Of a stretch of 64,000 bases of DNA, positions 1-23,000 are shown in pieces. This DNA is from Zygnema circumcarinatum SAG 698-1b (Eukaryota; Plantae; Zygnematophyceae). The notes beneath the pieces were generated by a model that had not been told where the DNA came from, searched no databases, and worked only from the letters and a program-made list of their open reading frames with translations. The stretch lies in NCBI GenBank assembly GCA_037447605.1, contig CM074809.1:4082689-4146688 (forward strand). The letters are read 5' to 3'. Numbering within the stretch: the first letter of the stretch is position 1; each line of letters opens with the position of its first letter. The position numbers and the translations under genes are program-made.

Positions 1-340
1 CCCACACGTCTCTAGACGTTTCCTTTAGCATCTTCGTCTTTCAGGCTTTGGTAGTGATTCAGCAGACTTCAGAGTTTGCTGCATTGCAGAAATTGTTTAG
101 AGCGCCGTGCAGGTGATAGAGCACTTCGAGGGATAACGGACGTGCTTTGCTAGCTGTATGTTGTTCCTCTAGCTGAGTCTGGACCCTGCTTCTCAATGGC
201 AGCGTAGCACGACCGAAATGAGCACAACTGACGTCCAGCTTGCAGCTGATACTCGTGCAAATGTTACTGTGTTCAGAGTACTTAGGCATGATGTATAGTT
301 GTTGATGCCATGAGAGTTTTGTGGGGTGTGGTATATGCAG

Positions 341-1682
341 TGGCTTGTTTGGATGTGCTCATTCATTATCCCCAGGTAAGAGGCAGAAACATGTTTCTTC
401 TCGTTTAAGTTCTTCAAAGAAAGTTCTTTTCTGTCTTTAGCAATATCTTTGGCCGGTCCTCTGTATGCTTTGTAAATTTATCATATAAAGAGATTGATTG
501 ATGCTATGGGGCCTGGGCATATGTACGTGTTGCAGGATAAGGCTGGTGAAATGATTGCCCACCTGGCGTCACTTGGAGACAAGAGACTTATTTTGAGCTT
601 TGCACCATACACTCCCTATTATGCCGTCTTGAAGGTGAGACCTGATTTTTCCTAAACTTCCAAAGCATGTATCTAGATGCCTACGATCCTGTGTGTTGTT
701 TATGAACAGGGTATTGTGGAGTGCATTCAGCGAAGGTCTTGAGAAGGGTTCATAGGGGAAAGGATTTCACATCAGAGGCAAGTTTAGAAGCATAAGCAGC
801 ACAAAAGCCGACAGGTCTGTTTGTTATGAAAGTAAGATGGGACATTCTAGGTTCTTAAAAACGGTTTTTCTAGTGTTTCTGCTGTAAATTGTTTCATCAT
901 TGTTTGTCATATTGCGCTTGGCAGAGGATTGGAGAGCTCTTCCCCGGGCCATCGAAGGCCACTCGGGCATATCTCCATGCAGAAGACGACGTTGAAGCTG
1001 CCCTGAAGGTGGGAGTCTCATCTCACCTTTACCAGCCTAAACGTGAGGCTAATAGCAGCAGGGCAAAGTTGGTAGGGTAACGGTGACACCGTGTTTGGCT
1101 ATGTTGTATGCGAACCCGCGCTTATATCAGCTCCATCTCATCAAGTTCATCACGGATTCGGATTGATTCTGTTTCGGATTTCGACAATGGAAACCTTAGT
1201 CACATCTACCAACAACTATTACTCTTTAAGCCACTGAACGAACTAAACTATAAGATTTTTTTTCTCGAGTATGCTAATTTTACGTATCAACGATGTTTGG
1301 GCTAGAGTAGTCAATCTTGCTGGGGGAGGCGTTAGGAATTGACGAGCACGTCAAAAGGGACTACTCAGAATGACGGGCAGGTCCTCACATGGCCAACTAG
1401 TTACTGCTCGAGTGGCCATTCCCTGGCGGTGTTCATTCCGTGTGGTTGCAGGGCGCTCCATGATGCCAAATGCCATCTATAGTTGCAGGCATACAAGAGT
1501 CGGCCTTGCAAGCAGTTTGGACCACAAAACGTGTGGAGGTTTCAAACTGCTGAACTTTGTCTGACCAGACTCTGCTTTGAGCACTATTGCAGGCGGCCGG
1601 ATGGCAAGTGACGCGCAGGGAGCTGACAGCGACCAAGTTCTACTTCTCGCGTCTGCTTGAAGCAGTGCCCATCGCCTCTTGA
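341..1682 (+). CDS. CHLM: Mg-protoporphyrin IX O-methyltransferase, 3' part (5' exons upstream of the window or not resolved)
   Basis: GT-AG exons 341-375, 536-634, 925-1008, 1593-1682 join in frame to VACLDVLIHYPQ-DKAGEMIAHLASLGDKRLILSFAPYTPYYAVLK-RIGELFPGPSKATRAYLHAEDDVEAALK-AAGWQVTRRELTATKFYFSRLLEAVPIAS*, the characteristic plant CHLM C-terminus. Confidence 0.95.
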
Positions 1683-2118
1683 AGGTGGTCGAATGCGCAT
1701 CTCAATAATTCGACATTTTGGCACAAAAGCGACCACTGACTTCAACCAATTCACCAACCACTTGACGATCTGACCTGACTTTGAACAATTAATCTTTCAT
1801 CTTCTCTGGTTTAGTATTTTATCGTCTACGCCAGCTCGTCCTGACTGGGCTGCTGATTTGAAAGCCTTCACGATGACGAGGGGGATTCATCGTCATTTTA
1901 GTGAATTCCCTTCTTTTTTCCAATTGCATGTATGGAATTGGCTACAAATTGCTACTGAAACTTGCAATTTACTGTATGTCCACTGATCTTTCCACCCGCA
2001 TGCTGCTGCTTCGTGTTTGGTTGGTTGAGAAATCTTGATTTGCTGTTCGTGCCATTGTGAGCTTTGTATTGGTGTTGCGAGAGCTTTGTTGTAAGGAGTT
2101 CCAAGTTACGAGGCCGAG

Positions 2119-2592
2119 ATGCAAGGGAATAGGGATGAAGAGAAAGCGGTCGCAAGCACCAGCCAGCCAGGTGATGAAGAGCCTCGGGGAAAAGAGTTTG
2201 AAACAAGTTTTCGTGAAACCGCAACGGAACTTGAATGCCATTTGCCGGAAAACAAAGATAAGAAGCCTGAAGCAGCAGTAATGGAGCGCCATTGGGCGAC
2301 AGGGGGTGGTCGCGAGCCTGCAGAAGCTTATGAGCAAGAAGCTGCTGCTGCTGCAACTCGAAGTAAAGAAGCGGGCGAGCAACCAAAAACACCCACACCG
2401 GTAATAAGCAGCAACAAGAAGCGGGATGATAGAGATGATAGTCACTGGAACTTGGAGGAATGGAAAAATTCTATAGGAGAAGGTGCTGGTAACCATCATG
2501 TTGGTGATAATGTATCACTTGAAGAGAAGTCTCTGGAGCCTTGTCATCCAAGAGCAGATGAAGGACAGCCTTCAAAACACCAGCAGGTGTGA
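2119..2592 (+). CDS. Hypothetical acidic/disordered ORF (possible exon of an unresolved gene or a decayed gene)
   Basis: 157-codon open frame rich in E/K/S/P/A; possible acceptor (TTGTAAG) about 25 nt upstream of the ATG; no family recognised and no consistent splice path found. Confidence 0.3.
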   Translation: MQGNRDEEKAVASTSQPGDEEPRGKEFETSFRETATELECHLPENKDKKPEAAVMERHWATGGGREPAEAYEQEAAAAATRSKEAGEQPKTPTPVISSNKKRDDRDDSHWNLEEWKNSIGEGAGNHHVGDNVSLEEKSLEPCHPRADEGQPSKHQQV

Positions 2593-4254
2593 TATTTTGT
2601 TCTATGAGTCAGAATCTGCAAAAACGGAGATTATAGATACTTTGGAGGATGATGTTTTGATTAGGCGGAACTGATTGCCAAAACAAATTACAATTCACTA
2701 AGGTTCTCCTTGTACATATGTACGATAGTCGGTTTGGACTCCAGCCTCAAAAGCTATATACTGACATCGGTTGTTCACTTTGTACTCTTATTGGGATTTT
2801 CTGGATGACATTGTGTAGTTGAGATGAGAAGCTGCTGAGAGCTACAGGTGCTGTTGGCATCTCTGAACATAAGACCGTTTGTGCGTTTCACTGCTGTGAA
2901 TTGACGAAGTGCACTTGTAATCACGAACAATGTGCGCACGCTGCCAAGGACAAGATATCCATCATCTTTAGCATATAGAGAACCTGTCGATATCCAATTC
3001 ATCCTCGACAGAACGGGTTGGTTGCAACTTTGCATCTTACAGCGATCAGCATCAGTTATCAAAGCTCCTTCAGAATCAGTTCCCTTTACCACAGTGCACT
3101 CAAGCTTTTTTTTTTTAAAGGTATCCATCGTCAGAGTTGTCGAGTGGCGCTGGTTGCACAGGAACTATTTGCTTAAATGTTGACGCAAATGACTTGGCTT
3201 ATGGAATGCATTGCAGAATGTCGCTCAGTATATCAAGAAAGCAGACGAGGTGTCTGTGAACGCTCGTGAGCAGAAACGAGAGGCAAACGCGGCATACTTG
3301 ACAAAGGAGGTGAAGGAAGCTGAAGCAGAAGCTGGAGCCGGTGTTAGAGAGAGTGAGATGGGGGGTAGAGAAAAAGGGGGAAGGAGAGAGGCTGTTTGAG
3401 AGAGTGTGTTTACTTCGTTAAAAAAGGCCCCTGACAGCTTAATCAGCACATTAAAAATAATGAACCTCCACAATGTAAGGATCAAGGGTTCTCCGAGAGT
3501 GTACCATTTCCGAATTTTCAACCATTTTTTCAGATTAGAGTCTCATGACTTTGAGCCTATGGAATGTTTTGGCCACATCAAACCACAGATCGCCAATAGC
3601 CTTACTACTGAGGATGAATCTTAAAAAGGAAGAATCTATGAAATAATTGTTTTGGTATTGAGGGTATATCGCAACAGCACTTCGCTTGCTGCTTGTCGAG
3701 GAGGAACGGGCGGAGGTAGCTGACGGGAGCCATCCCGTCAGTTGATGGAAGCTGAAAACGAGAGCTGAAGAAGGGAGGCAGGCCTCACTACCTGCTCGAC
3801 GACTCCTAACTGTGTTCATTCATTCATGCAATGCGTGGTTTTTGAAGAACCCGACTCCAACCACAAGGCAAATCAGCAAGTTACGACATTGATACGGATG
3901 GCGGAAGACTTGGAAAGGTTTTTCATGGTTCTTGAATTTGCGTGCTTGCAGAGTGGTTGTTCAGAGCATTCAAAGCCAAGGCACATCATTTTCTCCCGCA
4001 TGTACAAAAAACATGCTGCGGAATTGCATTCATGTCCTATCATACTTTCCTTTACAAATGAGAAGTCATCAGTAGAATGATGAATTTAATCTCCTACGTG
4101 TAGACCCGTCTGAATATGATACAACTTCACGGCAACAAAACAATCGGCCTCGAAACAAACTAAAAAGAATTGCCCACCTGCCAACGCATCAAGCTTCAGC
4201 ATTTTTCCTTTCAAAAAATGCAAAGAATGAAAGCCGCTCTCAACTCTCCCGGCT

Positions 4255-6343
4255 CTACAACCGACTTCTTGGAGCAAGCTCTCCCTTCCCTTCCTTCGCC
4301 GTACTTTGCCCCCCAACAGAGGAGGGCTGCCGCGACCTCTTCTCAACCATTCGTGACAGCTGTCGCACCGCTTCTTTCGGAATATGACGAGGATGATGGA
4401 GCCACCCGGCTCCATCCACAACTACAGTTGCCCCAGAAATGTACTTTCCTGCAGCCGATTTATCAACCAAGCCACAAATCCCCCGTTTCATAAAACTTGG
4501 CAATTGATAGATTCTCAAAGAACAAATGTAGGTTATGTCCGCCACGAAGCAGAATCAGTTCGACTACAGAACAGCTACCTGCGGACGATGCCAAGTAGAC
4601 TGCAGCCATGGCTATGTCCCACGTGTCTCCCATCCGGCCGAGGGGAATGTAGTCGTTAGGAGAAACTCCGGCTTCCTGGGGTGCCAATTTTGTCATTCCA
4701 GGAGTGTTTCCAATGGGTCCCGGAGCAATCACATTGGCACGGATCCCGTAGTCCGTTCCCCATTCTAGCGCGAGATTTCGTGTAGTTGCATCCACTGCAG
4801 CCTACATCAACAGAGGAAAGGAGAATGAGGGAGAGGGTTGAGAATATCAGGAGGGCAAGAAGAGAGGAGGGAGGAGGGACAAACGCAAAGGAAAGAGGAG
4901 AGAAGGAAAGTGAGGAAGAGAAAGAGTGCACAGGAAGAGGGGGGAAGCGAGAGTTGCAACGGAAGTGTGGGGAAAAAGAAGTGGGGGACACGGGCAGACA
5001 TGAGAAAGAGTGAGCAAGATGCTTAAGGGAGGTTTAAACGGTAGATAGTTTTGTGAAAAAGTCGATGAGGGATTGGGAGTGAAGGTTTTAAGACAGCGTG
5101 TATAAGCAAACCTGCAGCTTGCTTGAGAAAAAAAAACCAACGAAAACATTTAACCCTGAAAGGTTAAACTCGAAGGCATCCTATACCTTGGCAGCATTCA
5201 GATGCGTCTGATACCAGCCAGCAGAGTAATGCAAGGTGGCGCTGATGTTCAAGATGACGCCTCCCTCAGATGGCTCCTTGCCGGGGCCTCCTCGAGCCAA
5301 GTAGGGCCTCGCGGCCAGGCACATAGTGAAGGTGCCAACAGCATCAATATCCAGCACTGCAAACACACCGTGGAATCAGCAATTGAGGTTCATGAAACGG
5401 ACTCATTTGGGCTGCATGTGATTTTTTTTTTCATTTGTTGGAGTTGGGGTGAGGACTAGGGCCCGAGACAGGTTAGAGTAGTAAGAAAGATAAGAATAAT
5501 AACAATAAATATGTAAATTAATAAAAAGAAAGATAAAGAACTAAAGTCAGGCCTTTCACCTGTTCTATACGCATTTGAGGAGAGGTCCTCGGAAGGAGCT
5601 AGGAAGTTTCCTGCAGCGCCATTTATGAGAACATCCAACCGCCCAAAGCGTGCTATGGTCGCTTCCACGGCCTTCACAGCATCCTCTTTTTTCCGCACAT
5701 CCCCTTGTGTGTACACTGCCTGCATGAATTGCATTTTCCATTACTTACAAAGTCAAATCAGGAACCCTTTCCTATCTTATCTAGACCACCTTAGGGATTT
5801 GAAGTTTATGTCTGACGAGGAAAAAGGCTTCTAGGTATTTTTGGCATTCTTGAAAAAAAGGTAAAAAGGCTTCCAACGGTTTGAAATTATGTTGCGAATT
5901 GAACACATAATTCGAGCTAAAAAAATAGAAAGACGGGTATGATACAATTTGAGAAGCAGCGGGGGGAGGACAAATAGCACATTTGAAGAAAGAGAAGGAA
6001 TCTGAAAGATTACTTTTACATTTTTTTCCGCTTATTCCACTTCGCCTCTCTCTTTCCCCGTCTCTTTCTTCCCCCGCCCTCTCTCCCCTATCCATCACCT
6101 TCCTCTCCCTCTCCTCTTCCCTCCCCTTTCTCCTCTCTCTCCCACTCTCACCTCCGTCCCCTCCCTCTCCAGTTCCGCCACTGCCTCCTTGAGGACAGCC
6201 TCTCGCCGGCCCATGATGGCGATGCGCGCCCCATGCCGTCCAAACTGGCGCGAAATCTCAAGGCCGATACCCGACCCGCCTCCCGTGATGAGCGCCACGT
6301 GGCCTTTCAGGGCGTCGCCACGAAACGGCGACTGTGCGGCCAT
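4255..6343 (-). CDS. DECR2: Peroxisomal 2,4-dienoyl-CoA reductase (SDR family; DECR2/SDRb-like), 5 exons
   Basis: MAAQSPFRGDALKGHVALITGGGSGIG (NAD(P) glycine motif), LINGAAGNFLAP, NISATLHY, NLALEWG..IRANVIAPGPI, VVDG; ends in the PTS1 tripeptide SRL*; all introns GT-AG with matching phases. Confidence 0.93.
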
Positions 6344-6556
6344 GGGGCCGCGCCCTCTTATGGCGGAGGAGAGCTGCAGGGGAGGAACCGCGCTGCTCTC
6401 TGGACCTGGCGAGAAGAGGGAGGGAAAAAGGGGGCCCTCTGTCGTTCTGAAACAGACTCTCTAGCAGGGTACGAATGATGTTGGGACTGTACGGCCGGAG
6501 GTGGGCCGGCGACCGTATGGAGGCGGGAGCGCACTAAATTAAAGGGTCCGCGGGAC

Positions 6557-6600
6557 GCCACGTGACGTAATTCGTACATACCGTACGAACCATACGGATG
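6557..6600. promoter_or_regulatory. Upstream region of the DECR2-like gene: CACGTG plus CGTAC cluster
   Basis: GCCACGTGACGT at 6557-6568 followed by the inverted repeat TTCGTAC-ATACC-GTACGAA, about 220-250 bp upstream of the ATG. Confidence 0.45.
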
Positions 6601-6701
6601 TATCGAAATGAGAGCTTCTGAGGGAGAATTCAGAGGGCTAAAAGTTTATAACCTTATATCCTTTCCGCGTGCATTCAGAGCAAGGGATGATATATTTTGA
6701 A

Positions 6702-6782
6702 CTCACGATGGCAAGGCCATCAAACGTACATGAAGGAAATCAACATCGGGAACCAAAGGGAGCGGTCACAATGGACTAAAGG
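6702..6782 (+). repeat. Dispersed ~90-bp hairpin element, copy A
   Basis: CTCACGATGGCAAGGCCATCAAACGTACATGAAGGAAATCAACATCGGGAACC... aligns by eye with the copies at 19427-19522 (+) and 29716-29813 (-). Confidence 0.7.
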
Positions 6783-7174
6783 TCAAAGAAAAAGCTTTTG
6801 AACGGATGTCTACTCCTAGGCTCAACAACACGGCACTAGAAGCAGCCGCAAAGGTCGCCAAGATGTGGCGCAGCACGCGTAGGAAGGGGTGGGGGACCAC
6901 CGGGACGAGCACCAACAACCCCCGCACGCCGGAGGATGGTGGAAGCAAGGCAACGTGGCGAAGGAAGGCATTCAGAGTGTGTGTAGTGAGATGGGTTGGT
7001 TGTAGTCAAGGGAATTGCGATATAGGAAGAAAAGCAGAGTAGTGCAAGCAGCATTCAACAGAGTGGCATTAGGGAGTTTTGGCCCGTGGGCTTTCTTCAC
7101 AACCCCGAGGGAGGGAAATCACTTTTCCAGTAACAGTAACAGGATGGTACATATCCATCCGATTAAAAAAGTGC

Positions 7175-7257
7175 ATACGATACGGTACGATACGATACGG
7201 TACGAAACGGTGCGGCTCGATTCTACACGACATGATACGCTACGATACGTTCCGACG
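7175..7257. repeat. Degenerate (CGATA/CGGTA)n pentamer array
   Basis: TACGATACGGTACGATACGATACGGTACGAAACGG...TACGATACGTTCCGA, 5-bp periodicity. Confidence 0.85.
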
Positions 7258-8163
7258 TGTTTTGCAAATTGTAAGAACTGACTACAAAATTGACGGCGGC
7301 CGGTGAAGATAAGGGACCCACCTCCCTTCACGCAGGATTCGCAATAGTTATGCATTTTGACTGTCGTGTACGACTTGTTGGCATCACCTATCAAGAGATC
7401 AATGCCCAATCTCCGGTAATCCAATACACTACGGTATGGAGCAAAGCCCTACGACTGAGAAGTCTGTGCAATCTACTTCTCGATAGGGCATGAACAATCG
7501 AATCTGAACAGTAACTGTTTCCCAAGGGTGCGCGGGATGTCCTAGGCCTCCCTCTATTTTTGGGATCACAAAGCCGCCCTTTCAAGGAGCATGAAGTTTA
7601 CTGCGCTCGGCCTGCACTCCACTCTTTCTAGGGCGACGACTGCAAGCTTTCGGGATCCAGAGCAAGAACGAGCTCCTCGGTACAACCATCCATCTTGCAA
7701 CACGCGACCGCCTCATACTATTCTAGAGCCGCTCCAACATGCGTAAAGCGAGATACACTTTGGGGGACATAGCAATCGCCACCACATCCTCGAGCCATCC
7801 ATCAAGCAAGCTGTCAAATGTACCGGGCTTTGCTTCACTGCCAAATGTCTGAAAATGAAGTGCAAGAACTTCTTCTCAAAACAAAATGCAGGGTGGAGCA
7901 GCCCACGTCGCAACCAAGCGGTTGTGAGGTCGCATGAGCCCCGCACTGCGCACTGCGCACGTGGTCTGCAGAAGAACCTACAGACTGGTCTCCCTCTATC
8001 TCAAACAGTCTTACGGCCCTCTGCCATCCTTTATTCGTTATTCTGATAGGGACACGTGAGTGGTGTACTGTATCTACATGCCAAAGGAATGGTCTGGAGT
8101 TGATATCGAGAATTACAACTAGAACTGGCACTGCAGTGAAACTGCAATTGCAATGATGGCAAC

Positions 8164-18618
<10,455 letters not shown>

Positions 18619-19004
18619 GTTGCCTAATGCATGTACCTGGAACTCTGCATCAATTCAACATATAAGGTGCATCAGCTGAAAGAAATGCTTGCTCCAAACA
18701 TCCTCCAAAAGCGTTCACTCCCGTCAAAATGCTTTCATAGATTGACCAATTGCAAGGATGTCCCCAGTGTATTTGAATTCTGCAGACATTCACTCCAAAA
18801 GTTGGTCAAGCGAGCTTTAGCTCCCAGTGCGCGTCCATTTCCTTACCCCTTCCCTTCCTCCTCCCCGCGACCGTTCCCTCCCTCCGTCCCTCCCTCCCTC
18901 CCTCCCCTCCTCGGCGCCCTCTCCGCCTCTCTCTCACACTCTCTCTCACTCGAGCATTTCGCGCCAAAAGGGAAGGGTTTCAAAATGTGCGCCCTCCCTT
19001 ATAC

Positions 19005-19095
19005 GCACGTCCGTACATAAATTGCTTGCTCGTACGGTGTCATACGGTTCGTACGCCATAGTACAGTTTTGTACAGTTAACGTACGGTGCGTGGC
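19005..19095. promoter_or_regulatory. SMC3 upstream CGTAC cluster
   Basis: CCGTAC, CGTACGG, CGTACG, CGTACGG within about 80 bp just upstream of the presumed 5'UTR exon. Confidence 0.45.
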
Positions 19096-19426
19096 GTAAC
19101 ATTGGTGACGGAAATCGGACTTTTGCAACCGAACTGTAACGGTAACAGTAACCGTAACTGTCCAGCAAGGGCTGACATATGTGGAGGGGACGGGATCTGG
19201 CACTAATCTCGCGGTGGCAATGCCATCATCCACTGTGCATGGACTTGTCGTGGCTTTGTCGAACGACAAAATGTGGAACCAAAGTGAACCGGTCACGAAT
19301 GAGTTAGGAGCGAAAGGAACAATGTGGGCGTGCCTCTCGTGTGTGGAGGGGTGCTTTTCTGTATCTTGGCTTTCACATTGCAAGGGCAAAAGGTCTTCTT
19401 CACTCTCAGCACTTGGAGAGGAAGAG

Positions 19427-19522
19427 GATGTGGCATTGATCTCACGATGGCGATGCCATCAACTGTACAGGGTCAAAATCAGCACGGGGAATCACGAGGA
19501 ACTGGTCGCAAAGTACCTAAGG
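19427..19522 (+). repeat. Dispersed ~90-bp hairpin element, copy B (partial copy also at 19193-19245)
   Basis: GATGTGGCATTGATCTCACGATGGCGATGCCATCAACTGTACAGGGTCAAAATCAGCACGGGGAATCACGAGGAACTGGTCGCAAAGTACCTAAGG. Confidence 0.75.
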
Positions 19523-20026
19523 ACAAAATAGCCTTTGCCGGTAACAAAACAACTTTGGGTTATAAGAAACGCAAGACGCACAAACACGTACATTACTTTA
19601 TAGCTCAAAAGCAACTTTCAGTGAAGCAGGTTAGCCTTTCTCGCTTTTTTCTTTGCTCGCTATCCTTAATAACGAGCAAGATCCGATTCTTAAGTGATAG
19701 GTGGAGCTCTTCGCGCCACAATTTGGAAGAAGCTATTAGGAATATGCGCCATAATAATAGAAGGAAAAGCTTGTCAAGCTTGTTCTGAACCTGATTGAGC
19801 CACGCAAGGCAGCCTTGATCCATTAAACTCTACATTCCACTTCACACGCTCTAAAACACCGCCTACAACAATTTCTCTCCGCCCTTCCTCCTCCCTCAGC
19901 AGCTTTACTGTCTTCCTTCCGTATACCTTTTAGACGTAAGGCCGCAATCTCCACTCCCCTTGTATATTCATTAAAATAAAGGTGCAGAAATGAGATTAGC
20001 TCTGACAAGAACGTTTCTCCCTTTGC

Positions 20027-23000
20027 TCAAACTGTAACAGATGCGGACACAGAAGTGGCCACCTCCGCTGCATAGGCACGCGCCCATCCGTCATAATGCA
20101 CTATCTCTTCTAGATTGGGCTGAAGCACCACCTCCTCCTTGTGCTTGTTGCAGGTTTTCTCAATCACCTTCACAATATCCAGATAGGAAATTCTGCACCA
20201 GGGACACCATCGAAAGAGACAGAAAAAAAGCGAGAGACTGTGTGAGCGAGAGAGAGAGTCAGAAGGGGAGAGAAAGAAAGAAAGTGAGGGGCGCGTGAGA
20301 AGGGCGAACGTTGAACAGTAGAGGAAAGAGCCCTCACTTCTCATCGATGAACATCTCCACTGCCTGCTCATTCGCTGCGCTGAGGACACCGGTCATTGTG
20401 CCGCCGATCCGGCCGGCTGCATAGGAGAGGTCCATGGATGGGTACTTAGCGCGGTCGGGCTCTCTGAACGTCAGGTTGCCCATCCTGCACATGCTCAACA
20501 GCAGAAGGTCAACAGCCTATCTGGAGAGCGGAGAGCTCGAAAAGTGTCAAACCTTAGAAACCCAGAACAACTGCAGATGTAATCTTGCCCAAGGCTCTAT
20601 GCTTCACAATAACCCTAAAAGGCCCTCAATGTCAAGTAAAGTACGTACTTGATGAAGTCGAGACGCGGCCAGGTGACTTCGGAACTGGGAAGTCGGTCGG
20701 GCCATGACATCGTGTACAGGATTGGTAGCCGCATATCAGGCCATCCCAGCTGCCCTAAAACAGACGAATCCTGAAACACTCCAACACAGCAAGAAGTGAT
20801 TCCAACACTGTAAAAATTGGTCCATTTTAAGTAGAGCTTCAAAAACCCGCATCTGCCTTCTTCGCTCTGGAGGCATTCACAGCGAACGAGTTTCTCGGTT
20901 CAGAGTTTCGGAGTCCTAACTCTATTCGACTTTGAGACGAAATCTGGTTCAGCAATGTTCACACTTTTAGTAGGTAGTCTGACCACACTCCCTCCCAACT
21001 CTCTCTGAGTTAGGGTACTGAGCCTCCCCCCCTCCCCTCCTCTTCACATTCCCACTCTCCTTCCCTCTGCCCCCTCCCACTGCCTCCCTTACCTGCGTCT
21101 CGATCATAGAGTGAATGATGCTCTGTGGATGAATCACAATCTCAATGTTGTCGTAGTCCGCTCCGAACAAATAATGCGCCTCGATCACCTCCAATCCCTG
21201 CCGACATAAAATTTACAACTTCAGCAATTATTCAGATTCAAATGCTATTGTGAGTTGTTCACAAGAATATGCTCAAGTAGGATTGGCAATGTAGTAAGCC
21301 TTAATATAGTTAAGGACAACATCACCTTATTCATCAATGTGGCCGAGTCCACTGTAATTTTCTTTCCCATACTCCAATTGGGATGCTTTAGCGCATCGGC
21401 AACCTTCACATCTTTCAGGCGCTCCACTTCCCAGTCTCTGCATACAAATGCAAACGCAAATTAGGGTTTCAGTGTTCTTAGTTTCAGAGTTCTGGTGTTT
21501 AAAAGAGTTGTTAAGAGTATCAGAGATTCTACAAATATATTTATTGCTTTCAAAATTTGAGACTTCATGTTTTCTTTACGAACCTTAAGGTATTCTGACT
21601 GTGGCTTCAAGGACTAATCTAGTTTGCTAACATTTTCGAATTCTTTCCGGCTCAAAGAGTTTGAAGAAATACGAAATATGCTTGGACATTTTAATCAGAA
21701 ATCTGCGTATCCGGTTTCCTGAAGGAGAGTACCTGAAGGCTCCTCCAGACGCTGTAAGAATGATTCGACGGAGCCCTCCTTCAGGCAGACCTTGTAAGCA
21801 CTGCGAAAAAGTAAATGACCCAAAGAGAAGAATATGAACACCATGCTCGCTCCTATCACCAAGAAACGTGACATCGCGTCCTCTAAATTGCTACATCCTT
21901 AAGTGTCTCCAAAACCCTAAGTTCTTGAAAATCATGTGCAACCTAAATTCCTCAAATAATTTCAAATACCTGAAAGATGGCCGAATGTTCAGAATCCGCG
22001 GGAAGGATGTTGATTCCGTGCTTTTTCGCTAGGGGAAGCACATATGGCCCTCCTGCAATCAGAGTTTCTTTGTTCGCTAGAGCAATGTCCTTTCCTGCTT
22101 CAATAGCAGCTACTGTTGGCTGTAACACAAACAAACAAACAAACAAACAAACAAACAAACAAACAAAGGTACGTTACAACTTTGCGTTTTCGAGCGTGTG
22201 GAAGTTTAAGGATCATGTACTTGTTTCGTCAAGAAATGTCAGCAGTTAAATGTGAGAGACGATAGTAGGCGGAACAAAAGAGAAAAAGGAGAATGGAGAC
22301 GAGAGAGAGGGCGCAAAGCAATGAGTAGATGGGACGAAGGAGAAGTGGAGATGGAGGGCGAGAGAAATACGAGGAAGGGCAGAAAGGACAAGGGCGATAG
22401 AGGACGGTGAAGTAGCGATGAAGATAGTGAATGAGAGCAAGGGTGACAAGAGTTGGGGGACAAGTGAACAGTGTGAGGAGTTCGATAGCGAGAGATAGAG
22501 AGAAAGGAGAAGGAGAAAACGATGGAGATAGCGGGAGGCAAGAACTGCCCACCTTAAGGCCAGCACAGCCCACAATGCCTGTGACGACTGTCACGGCCTC
22601 CTCGTGCCTTGCCACCTGTCACATGTTTTGTGATAAGAAACTCTAAAATGATAGACTCTTGAAACAAGACCATTACGCTGCTTCGCATACACAGGCAGAA
22701 AATGAACCCTACAATTGTTTCACGGGAAAGAAATGGAAAAGAGTACAAAATCGTCACACAAACGACTTAATGCCGTTAGAGATGGTCACATAGGCAAGCT
22801 TCCAGAAGCTGCAGTCTCACCTCCACAATGCCTTCGTCACCAGACAAGATGATAGGCTGTTGATCCACATCCCTGATGGCCTCCTTGAGGTCCTTCACTA
22901 GGGAAGCGTTTTGTATGGACACCATTTTCGGCTTAAATTGGCGTATCTGTAAATAGCCCGAGGCAGTTCGTCGTTTTCAAGCCACTGAATCAAAATAAGC

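Noticed and set aside
1952-2499. 148-176 aa minus-strand ORFs
   Set aside because: Antisense shadows of the low-complexity plus-strand frame; no recognisable motifs.
19030-19060. GGTTCG word resembling a tRNA T-loop
   Set aside because: No cloverleaf or A-box; it is part of the CGTAC motif cluster.
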